A DNA stretch of 64,000 nucleotides from Rubrivivax sp. (GTDB taxonomy: Bacteria; Pseudomonadota; Gammaproteobacteria; Burkholderiales; Burkholderiaceae_C), in assembly GCA_027483705.1 (NCBI GenBank), contig JAIXTY010000045.1, positions 43,503 to 107,502 on the forward strand. The letters are read 5' to 3'. The notes beneath the pieces are model-generated. The model had not been told where the DNA came from. It saw only the letters and a list, made by a program, of their open reading frames with translations, and made no database searches. The translations under genes and the position numbers were made by a program. This document shows, piece by piece, positions 1 to 7,679 of the stretch; position 1 is the stretch's first letter, and the number at the start of each line of letters is the position of its first letter.

Positions 1-105
1 AACCTGGTCGACGTGATCGTCGTCATCGGCGACAAGACCGTCACCAACTACCTGCACGCCACGACGCAGGTGCCGGTGGACTTCCCGGCAGCCCCAGCGC
101 TGTGA
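1..105 (+). CDS. 3' end of a carboxymuconolactone decarboxylase/AhpD-like protein (partial)
   Basis: Frame 1 reads NLVDVIVVIGDKTVTNYLHATTQVPVDFPAAPAL* (TGA 103-105). The 'NYL...VPVDFP' tail resembles CMD/AhpD-family C-termini. Confidence 0.6.
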   Translation, partial: NLVDVIVVIGDKTVTNYLHATTQVPVDFPAAPAL

Positions 106-133
106 CTGCCACCGCCGCGCCAGGAGCCGCACG

Positions 134-1072
134 ATGAACACCGCCACCCTGGCCGCGCCGGCCGCCCCTGCCGAGGCCCCGCGCCTGGCAGTGGGCATCG
201 CCGTCGGGCTGACCGCCGCCAGCATCGGCGCCCTCTACACGGTCTACGCCCGCTGGGGCATCGCGCAGGGCCTGCACGCCAGCGACCTGACGGCCCTGCG
301 CTTTGGCGTCGCGGGCCTGCTGATGCTGCCGCTGCTGCTGCACACGCTGCGCCAGAGGCGCGAGATGCTGCTGGGCCGCTGGCGCCTGTGGCTGGCGGTG
401 GCCGCGCTGGCGGGCACGCCCTTCGGGCTGCTGATGTTCGGCGCGCTGCAGTTTGCGCCGGCCAGCCACGCGGCGGTGTTTCCGTTTGCGGCGATGAGCC
501 TGGCCGGCCTCGTGCTTTCCGCTCTGGTGCTGGGCGACCGGCTCACGCCCCGCAAGGGCATCGGCATCGGCATCGTGCTGGGCGGGCTGGTGCTGCTCAG
601 CGGCGTGGAGGCGGCGTCGTTCAGCGGCCGCGCGCTGGCGGGCGATGCGATGTTCGTCGCCGCCGGCACGCTGTGGGCCGGCTTCGGCATCCTGCTGCGC
701 CGCCACCGGCTGGACCCGCTGCTGGCCACGGCCGTGATCTCGGTGTCGGCGCTGCTGACCTACGTGCCCGCGTACCTGGTGGTCGAGGGCGCGGCCCGCC
801 TGGCCGCCGCCAGCGCCACCGTGCTGTGGACCGAGGTGCTGGTGCAGGGCGCCATCGCCGGTGCCGGCACGCTCTTCACCTACGCCACCATGGTGCGCCT
901 GCTCGGGCCGGCGCGCGCGGCGGTCTTCCCGGCGCTGGCGCCGGGGCTGGCCGCGCTGATGGCGTGGCCGGTGCTCGGCCACGTGCCCACCGCCGCCGAA
1001 ACGGCCGGCCTCGTCATCGTGATGGCGGGCCTGATCCTCGCCGTCACCACATCCTCCAGGAGAACCGCATGA
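134..1072 (+). CDS. DMT/EamA family transporter
   Basis: 312 aa with about 10 hydrophobic segments in two EamA-like halves (LTALRFGVAG; LGPARAAVF..LAP). AGGAG RBS just upstream. Confidence 0.9.
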   Translation: MNTATLAAPAAPAEAPRLAVGIAVGLTAASIGALYTVYARWGIAQGLHASDLTALRFGVAGLLMLPLLLHTLRQRREMLLGRWRLWLAVAALAGTPFGLLMFGALQFAPASHAAVFPFAAMSLAGLVLSALVLGDRLTPRKGIGIGIVLGGLVLLSGVEAASFSGRALAGDAMFVAAGTLWAGFGILLRRHRLDPLLATAVISVSALLTYVPAYLVVEGAARLAAASATVLWTEVLVQGAIAGAGTLFTYATMVRLLGPARAAVFPALAPGLAALMAWPVLGHVPTAAETAGLVIVMAGLILAVTTSSRRTA

Positions 1073-1422
1073 ACCGCATCGCCGTCGTCATCCATTCCAA
1101 GCTCGAAGGCGCGGGCAAGTCGGCCGTCTACCGCGCCATGATGTTCGTCGACGAGCTGCGCCGCGGCGGCGACGACGTCGCACTGGTGTTCGACGGCGCC
1201 GGCACCACCGCGCTGGCCGAGATGCTGGTGCCGGGCAGCGACCTGCACCACAGCTGGAGCAAGGCCGCCCCGGCGCTGCGTGGCGCCTGCCGCTACTGCG
1301 CCAAGAGCTACGGCGTGCTCGACGCGCTGGAAGCCGCGCAGGTGCCGATGCTGGGCGACGACCGTGGCCACGCCAGCCTGCGCCAGCTGCTGCTGGAAGG
1401 GCGGCAGATCATCACGTTCTGA
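1069..1422 (+). CDS. DsrE-like sulfur relay/peroxiredoxin-like protein
   Basis: ATG at 1069 overlaps the EamA stop (ATGA), with CAGGAG RBS. 117 aa containing VALVFDGAGT and ACRYCA (CxxC) and ending QIITF. This is the C-terminal part of the track ORF 388..1422. Confidence 0.8.
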   Translation: MNRIAVVIHSKLEGAGKSAVYRAMMFVDELRRGGDDVALVFDGAGTTALAEMLVPGSDLHHSWSKAAPALRGACRYCAKSYGVLDALEAAQVPMLGDDRGHASLRQLLLEGRQIITF

Positions 1423-1432
1423 GCGGCGGCCG

Positions 1433-2146
1433 CTACAGCGGCCGGAACCAGCCGCCCACGTCGGGCGCCAGGCGCTCGGGCGGCACCGGCGCGAAGCCTT
1501 CGTCCTGCACCTGGAGCTGCGCGATGCCATCCAGCCGGAAGGTTCGGCCTTCGGCCGCGTCGCGGTCCAGCGCCAGCAGGTACCAGGCTGGATGGTTGAG
1601 CAGCAGGTACTGAGGCTCCACGCAGCGCCACGAGACGCGCTGGTCCCGGGCCTGGTAGCGGAAGCGCAGCACGCGCGACGCGATGAAGGCCTCCTGCAGC
1701 CGGCGCGTCTGGGCCGCTTCGGGCTCGTGCCACGAACGCCGCACCGCCTCGGACGCCGGCTGCCCGATCAGGATGCGCCGGCGCAGCCGGTGGACCTCGG
1801 CCCGCTCGGGCGGCGCGAAGGTGGCCGACAGCCGCGTGCGCAGGCCAGCGATGCCGCTGCCCAGCAGCGGCAGGCCCAGCGACTCGGCCACGGCCAGCGC
1901 AAACAGCAGGCCCAGGGCCTCGCGGTGCGAGAGCCGCAGGCGCGGCAGGGCACTGCGCGCACCCAGGCGCATGCCGCCGCCGCGGCCGACATCGGTGTCG
2001 ATGGCCACGCCGGACTCACGCAGCGTGGCCACCGCGCGCCGCACCGTGCGCAGGCTCACGCCGGCCTGCGCCGCCAGGGCGGGGCCCGTCCAGACCTGGC
2101 CGTCGGCGAGCAGGGCCAGGATGCGTTCGTCGGCGGATCGTGCCAC
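1433..2146 (-). CDS. YafY-family HTH-WYL transcriptional regulator
   Basis: N-terminal wHTH (LAAQAGVSLRTVRRAV..L..SGVAI....GRGGG) and WYL domain (RCVEPQYLL....WYLLA.D....GRTFRLDGI). Confidence 0.92.
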   Translation of the reverse strand: MARSADERILALLADGQVWTGPALAAQAGVSLRTVRRAVATLRESGVAIDTDVGRGGGMRLGARSALPRLRLSHREALGLLFALAVAESLGLPLLGSGIAGLRTRLSATFAPPERAEVHRLRRRILIGQPASEAVRRSWHEPEAAQTRRLQEAFIASRVLRFRYQARDQRVSWRCVEPQYLLLNHPAWYLLALDRDAAEGRTFRLDGIAQLQVQDEGFAPVPPERLAPDVGGWFRPL

Positions 2147-2154
2147 GCATCAAT

Positions 2155-2173
2155 GGTGCCATCTTCTGGCACC
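2155..2173. promoter_or_regulatory. Palindromic operator candidate for the WYL regulator
   Basis: Perfect inverted repeat GGTGCCA-N5-TGGCACC in the 71-bp divergent gap between the WYL gene and the ABM-like gene. Confidence 0.6.
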
Positions 2174-2217
2174 CATCGACACGAGGATGGCGACCTCCCA
2201 ACCCCATGGAGTCCGCC

Positions 2218-2523
2218 ATGAACGACACCGACCCCTGCTTCGAGATCGTCCACTTCGCCTTCGTGCCCGAGGTCTCGCCGGGCGACCAGCTCGCGGCGAT
2301 GAAGACGCTCGGCGAGTGGGCCGCCACGCAGCCGGGCTTCGTGGGCCGGCAGAGCTATCGCGATCCCGTCGCCGCCCGCTGGACCGACGTCGTCGAGTGG
2401 ACGAGCCTGCAGGCCGCCCAGGCGGCCATGGCGCGCAGCCAGCAGGCGCCGGCTCTGGCCGGCATCATGGCGCTGATCGACCCCGAGACCGTGCATGCCG
2501 GCCACTTCGAGCGAACACACTGA
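2218..2523 (+). CDS. Antibiotic biosynthesis monooxygenase-like (dimeric alpha/beta barrel) protein
   Basis: ATG at 2218 with GGAG RBS; 101 aa with QPGFVGR...WTDVVEWTSLQAAQAA, an ABM-like pattern. Confidence 0.7.
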   Translation: MNDTDPCFEIVHFAFVPEVSPGDQLAAMKTLGEWAATQPGFVGRQSYRDPVAARWTDVVEWTSLQAAQAAMARSQQAPALAGIMALIDPETVHAGHFERTH

Positions 2524-2821
2524 CCCTGACCCGCGGCCAGCCCCGGCCACGCTGCGCGCCTTGCCGGGCCTGGGGCCAAAGTCCGAGGCCATGCTTCGAA
2601 CGGCCGGCATCGGCTCGCCCGACGAGCTGCGGCGGCTGGGCGCGGCCCGGGCCTTCGTGCAGGTGCAGGCGGCCGGCCTGCGGCCCAGCCTGAACCTGTT
2701 GTGGGCCCTGGAGGGCGCCCTCACGGCCACGCCCTGGCGACACGTGGCGCACACCGAGCGCACGCGGCTGCTGCTCGAGGTGGACGAGCTGCGGTCGCAC
2801 GCGGGCCTGCGGCGGGGCTGA
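2495..2821 (+). CDS. TfoX/Sxy C-terminal domain protein
   Basis: LPGLGPKSEAML..AGI.S.DELRRLGA..AF......SLNLLWALEGAL...W matches TfoX_C. Start position uncertain. Confidence 0.8.
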   Translation: MPATSSEHTDPDPRPAPATLRALPGLGPKSEAMLRTAGIGSPDELRRLGAARAFVQVQAAGLRPSLNLLWALEGALTATPWRHVAHTERTRLLLEVDELRSHAGLRRG

Positions 2822-2870
2822 GGGCCGCGCAAGCCTTCCCAGGGCCAGGGCGACGTGTGATGCTTGCGGC

Positions 2871-3398
2871 ATGAGCGAGCGCTGCAAGCCCATCGTCCAC
2901 AAGGCGCTGGCCGTCGTGCGGCCGCAGTTCAGGTTGCACTTTGCGGGCGGCATCCACGGGCTGCCGCACTGGTCACGCGTGTGGTTTCATGGCCGGGCGC
3001 TGGCCGAGGCGGCGGATGTCGACCCGGCCGTGCTGGCCTGGTTCGCCTTTCTGCACGACAGCCAGCGGCACAACGACGGGCACGACCCGCTGCACGGCCG
3101 GCGTGCCGCCGACTTCGCGGTCCGGCTCCGGAAGGACGGTGTCATCACCGAGCTCGAGCCTTCCGCCTTCGAGCGCCTGTGCGAGGCGATGCGACTGCAC
3201 AGCGACGGGCACACGGAAGCAGACGCCGCGCTCCAGGCCTGCTGGGATGCCGACCGGCTCGATCTCGGCCGCGTGGGCATTCGCCCGCATCCGACACGGC
3301 TGTGCACGCCGCACGCGAAACGCGGTGACGTCATCGGCATGGCGGTGAGGATGTCTGAGGGGCGGGCGCGTTCGGTGCTGACGCACCGGAGTGCATAA
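2871..3398 (+). CDS. HD-domain metal-dependent phosphohydrolase
   Basis: IHGLPHWSRV, FAFLHDS, HGRRAA, LHSDG and CWDADRLDL motifs. Confidence 0.85.
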   Translation: MSERCKPIVHKALAVVRPQFRLHFAGGIHGLPHWSRVWFHGRALAEAADVDPAVLAWFAFLHDSQRHNDGHDPLHGRRAADFAVRLRKDGVITELEPSAFERLCEAMRLHSDGHTEADAALQACWDADRLDLGRVGIRPHPTRLCTPHAKRGDVIGMAVRMSEGRARSVLTHRSA

Positions 3399-3839
3399 GC
3401 GACCGAGCCCGATTGGGGCTGCGTGTCGTTTCGCACAGTCGGACAGGCCGGGCCGCCTCGAATGGCCTGAGTTCGGCACCGGCGTTCACTCCCGGCACCT
3501 GCGCCTCAGCCGCAGGCCCGCGAGAGACGGCATGCACCACGAAGTCAATCGGCGAAGGCAAACGAAGTCCACCCCGCAGGGACGCTGGATCTAATCAGTG
3601 GGGCAGATCAGAGACCCGTCACTCGCAGAACGCCAGGCACTTGGGGCACGAGTCCAGAGTCCGGGGAACTGGATTGAGCAGCCTGCTCGCACCGGATAAC
3701 CAGCGCCAATAGACTGGTTGCGGTTGACCAAGCGATGGGCGTTGCACATCCACTGGCGTCCGAATGTGAGACAACCGCTGAGCTGCGGAACGCAGCAGTT
3801 AGTGGGCCTTGATGCTGCTCTGATAACCTGGCGCGTGAC

Positions 3840-5831
3840 ATGGCACCCGCGACCCCGATTCGGCTACTCCAACGCGCTTGGTACGCTGCATCGTTCGATG
3901 TCTTCCATAGCCAATCGGACGACGAGATCATTGGCCAGCTCACGCAGCAAAGCAGTCACGCCGTCGAGTTGGAACAGCGCGAAGCGTGGCTGGCAGAAAT
4001 TGAACTGCTGCGGCGCTGGCTTAAGGGACGCAACGGCACCCTGCTGCTCGAGTTCAACATCCCGCGCATGGGCTTGCGGGCTGACGCGGTGCTGGTGATC
4101 GCTGGATGCATCGTCATCCTGGAGCTCAAGGTGGGCGACCCCACCGTTGGGCAAAGTGCGCTGAACCAGGTGTGGCAGTACGCGCTCGATACCAAGAACT
4201 TTCATGAAACCAGCCACGCGCTGCCGATCATTCCGGTGCTTGTTCCCACCGGGTTGGTGCTCAGCGAGCCAGCAGCGCCAAGCTACGCCAACGACAGGGT
4301 GAGCAACCCCATTGCGCTTGCTCCACAGCAGGTGCCCGGGTTGTTGGACGAGCTCAGCCATGAGTTTGCCAGCCCGATCGACTCAGAAGCCTGGCAAGCT
4401 GGGCGCTATCGCCCAACGCCGACCATCATCGAAGCGGCCCGGCACCTGTATGCAAAGCACGAGGTCACAGACATCGTGCGAACTGAAGCCGATGCCACCA
4501 ATCTGACCGACACCGCGCACCGTCTTGAAACGCTGATCCAGCGCGCCCAGCGACAAGGCGAGAAGCTGATCTGCTTTGTCACCGGCGTGCCGGGCGCAGG
4601 CAAGACCTTGGTCGGTCTGAATTTGGCCACCGCACGGCGCGACATCGGCGATTCGCACGCAGTGTTCTTGTCCGGCAACGGACCGTTGGTCTCCGTGTTG
4701 TGCGAGGCCCTGACACGCGACGACTTGCGGCGGCGCAGACAGGCGGGCGAGTCGGTCACCAAGGCCAGCGTATCCAAGCCCATCAAGGCCTTTATCCAGA
4801 ACGTCCACCACTTTCGAGATGAAGCTCTGCGCGCGCCGCAAGCGCCGGTGGATCGCATCGTGATCTTTGACGAGGCCCAGCGCGCCTGGAACTTGCAGAA
4901 GACCACGCTGTTCATGCGCCAGAAGAAGAACCAGCCCGACTTCAACCGATCAGAGCCGGAGTTTCTGATCGAGACCATGGATCGGCACCAAGGTTGGGCC
5001 GTGATCGTGTGCCTGGTAGGCGGCGGCCAGGAGATCCACACCGGCGAGGCGGGCATCGGCGCTTGGATCGACGCCTGCAGAGAGCGGTTTCCGCACTGGC
5101 GCATGTGCCTGTCTGACCAACTGCTGGAAGCCGAGTACGGTGCGGGCGAACCACTCAAGCGCGCCCGCGAAGGCACCCCAACCGAGCTCTATCCGGACCT
5201 GCACCTGTCGGTGTCGATGCGCTCGTTTCGCGCCGATAGCGTGTCAGCCTTCGTGAAGGCGCTCCTGGATGGGGACCAAGATGCCGCGCGGAACACGCTG
5301 AGCCAATTCAGAGACCGATACCCGATCGTCATCACCCGCGACCTGAAGGTCGCGAAGCAGTGGCTGAAGCGCCAGGCCCGAGCGAATGAGCGCTACGGCC
5401 TGCTCAGCTCATCGAAGGCCATGCGCCTGAAGCCGTACGCCGTGGATGTGCGACAGGCGGCCGACCCCATTCACTACTTTCTGGCTGAGCGCGAGGATGT
5501 TCGCTCCAGCTTCTACCTGGAGGAATGCGCCACCGAGTTCCAGGTTCAAGGATTGGAACTGGACTGGACCTGTGCGGCGTGGGATGCGGACTTGCGCATG
5601 ACTTCCGATGGGTGGCGCCACTACGACTTTGCCGGGAGCCAGTGGAAGAACATCCACAGCACTGAGAACCAGCGAAACCTGAAGAATGCCTATCGAGTGC
5701 TGCTGACTCGGGCGCGGCAGGGCATGGTGATCTTTGTGCCTGCTGGAGATAAGGAGGATCCGACCCGTGCTCCTGGTTACTACGCTCGGACGTTCGACTA
5801 CCTCCACGGACTTGGGCTTCGCGCGATCTAG
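3840..5831 (+). CDS. PD-(D/E)xK nuclease fused to a DUF2075 (Schlafen group 3-like) SF1 helicase
   Basis: N-terminal EFNIPR..RAD.....ILELK; Walker A GVPGAGKT; Walker B IFDEAQR; SMRSFR; QGLELD; YRVLLTRAR. Visibly more AT-rich codon usage than the flanks. Confidence 0.85.
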   Translation: MAPATPIRLLQRAWYAASFDVFHSQSDDEIIGQLTQQSSHAVELEQREAWLAEIELLRRWLKGRNGTLLLEFNIPRMGLRADAVLVIAGCIVILELKVGDPTVGQSALNQVWQYALDTKNFHETSHALPIIPVLVPTGLVLSEPAAPSYANDRVSNPIALAPQQVPGLLDELSHEFASPIDSEAWQAGRYRPTPTIIEAARHLYAKHEVTDIVRTEADATNLTDTAHRLETLIQRAQRQGEKLICFVTGVPGAGKTLVGLNLATARRDIGDSHAVFLSGNGPLVSVLCEALTRDDLRRRRQAGESVTKASVSKPIKAFIQNVHHFRDEALRAPQAPVDRIVIFDEAQRAWNLQKTTLFMRQKKNQPDFNRSEPEFLIETMDRHQGWAVIVCLVGGGQEIHTGEAGIGAWIDACRERFPHWRMCLSDQLLEAEYGAGEPLKRAREGTPTELYPDLHLSVSMRSFRADSVSAFVKALLDGDQDAARNTLSQFRDRYPIVITRDLKVAKQWLKRQARANERYGLLSSSKAMRLKPYAVDVRQAADPIHYFLAEREDVRSSFYLEECATEFQVQGLELDWTCAAWDADLRMTSDGWRHYDFAGSQWKNIHSTENQRNLKNAYRVLLTRARQGMVIFVPAGDKEDPTRAPGYYARTFDYLHGLGLRAI

Positions 5832-6020
5832 AGGGCGCCGTTTGCGCGATTTCAGCAGACGGAGTCATGAGACCGCCCTTGATCGGCGCCCTCGCCTGGT
5901 CGACAGCTTTTCGTCCTGACAAAACGAATCCGCGCACTTCCAGCCCTGACGACACGGAAGCCCGACCGCGCCCCGGAGCGATGGCGCCCGCAGGTCCCAC
6001 ACCCGCCCCAGCCCTCGGGT

Positions 6021-7238
6021 CTACGCACCCCCCCGGCCCACAGCCTCCACATCGGCCTCCGCCTCCGGCCACAACGCCGGGAAGTAGAAGCGCAGCGCAT
6101 GCAGGGGCAGACCGAAGCGCAGCTTGCCTTGCGGCGTATCGCTGCGCAGCAGCCCTCGCTTGACCAGTGCCGTCAACAGGTTCACCGCGGTGCGGTCGCC
6201 CAGCCCCGTCATCCGCTTGAACTCACCGCGCTCGATCTCCTGCCCGCTCAGGAACAGGTAGTGCAGCGGACGGAGCGCTTCGACCCGAACGCCTGAACGC
6301 AGGGTCTCCTGCTCGAAGGTCAGGCAGGCGGCGATGCGGCGCTCCATGCCGTCCAGGTTCAACAGGGACTGCATGAACTGAACCTGGTCCAGGCAGACAT
6401 CGAGCACGTAGTCAATCCACTCGACCAGCGCGGCCTCGCTGAGGTTGCCCCGCCCGTCGAGATCGCCACGCCGTGGCTCGTCGGCCGCGGCCAGCAGGGC
6501 GTAGTAGCGATCAACCGTTCTGGCAAAGCCGCGCAGTGGCGACCAGACACCACCGGTGTAGCCCAGCGCATGCAGCACGCCATGGGTGTGCAGGCGCATG
6601 ACGCGGCCATTGCCGTCGACGAAAGGGTGGATCCAGCCCAGGCGCTGGTGCGCAGCAGCCAGCGCCAGCAGCGACGCTTCGCCTCGCCGCACGCCACCGT
6701 ACACGGCAGCCCAACGGCCCAACAGCGTCGGCACGCTGTTCGCCGTGGGCGCCACATGCTGACCCACCCGGACTTCCTGGCTGCGCCACTGGCCCGGGAT
6801 GATCTCCACGCCTTCGCTCGACTTCAGGTCTTCGGCGGGCAGGCGGTCGAACAGCGTGCGGTGGATGTCGGCGACGGCTTCGATGGTGTACAGGGCCGAA
6901 GCCTGGGCCTCGCCACGATGGCGCGCTTCGAGATCGATCTCGGCGTCGATGTGGGCGATGGCCAGTCGCTGCCGGGCGGCCAGCGACGCGTCATGGGAGA
7001 AGTCCTTGCGGAGCGCCTGCTCGAGCTCGAGCGGACGGGTGTGCTGCCCCTCGATGCGGTTCGAGTAGTACGAGTTCATGGCCCGCAGGAGGCCACGCAG
7101 TTCAGGGGCGATCGGCAGCCCCGCCAGGCGGCCAGCAGCCCGGGCCAGGTCGTGGGCCTTGGCCAGAAGCGGCTCGGCCTGCCGCTCGGATGGCATCAGG
7201 GGCTCGAACTGGTGCGGGGCGTCGTACAGGGTCTTCAC
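6021..7238 (-). CDS. Fic family protein (AMPylase) with N-terminal inhibitory motif and C-terminal wHTH
   Basis: Canonical HPFVDGNGRVMR; SNRIEG matches (S/T)xxxE(G/N); C-terminal FKRMTGLGDRTAVNLLTALVKRGLL is HTH-like. Confidence 0.9.
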   Translation of the reverse strand: MKTLYDAPHQFEPLMPSERQAEPLLAKAHDLARAAGRLAGLPIAPELRGLLRAMNSYYSNRIEGQHTRPLELEQALRKDFSHDASLAARQRLAIAHIDAEIDLEARHRGEAQASALYTIEAVADIHRTLFDRLPAEDLKSSEGVEIIPGQWRSQEVRVGQHVAPTANSVPTLLGRWAAVYGGVRRGEASLLALAAAHQRLGWIHPFVDGNGRVMRLHTHGVLHALGYTGGVWSPLRGFARTVDRYYALLAAADEPRRGDLDGRGNLSEAALVEWIDYVLDVCLDQVQFMQSLLNLDGMERRIAACLTFEQETLRSGVRVEALRPLHYLFLSGQEIERGEFKRMTGLGDRTAVNLLTALVKRGLLRSDTPQGKLRFGLPLHALRFYFPALWPEAEADVEAVGRGGA

Positions 7239-7509
7239 TTTGCGAAGATAACATCAGACGCAAGGCTTTGTCCTGAAAGACTTTAGTTCGATTTCTGCGA
7301 GCTTATCTGCGAAGTTTGCTGCGCACCCGAAGCGAGCGTTGACGCCCTGCCGGGAGCCGTGGTGAGTGCGTGCGCACGACCAACCGATGCATGAACTGGG
7401 CTCATTCCACCGACACGCCGCCAACCGCACCCAAAGGCTTCAGTGGCCGGCCCGGCGCTGTGACGACACAGACCTCGTCACGAAGGTCATCACAGAGGCC
7501 CAGAAACGC

Positions 7510-7534
7510 CGAAGCCCGCACGGGGCGGGCTTCG
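7510..7534 (-). terminator. Stem-loop downstream of tRNA-fMet
   Basis: CGAAGCCCGC-ACGGG-GCGGGCTTCG forms a perfect 10-bp stem; only a weak T-run (GCGTTTCTG) follows on the minus strand. Confidence 0.5.
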
Positions 7535-7560
7535 TGAGTGCTGGTAGGCACTGGATTTCT

Positions 7561-7637
<77 letters not shown>

Positions 7638-7649
7638 ACAGAGCCTGAG

Positions 7650-7679
7650 ACTATAGCACGCTCGCCGGCGGCTTCAGAA
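7650..7679 (-). promoter_or_regulatory. Sigma70 promoter candidate for tRNA-fMet
   Basis: Extended -10 TGCTATAGT (7658-7650) lies 12 nt upstream of the tRNA. A weak -35 (TTCTGA) would overlap the stop codon of the upstream giant gene. Confidence 0.55.

Noticed and set aside
3399-3839. Short ORFs between the HD gene and the helicase gene
   Set aside because: No motifs, RBS or coding bias; treated as intergenic or island-edge DNA.
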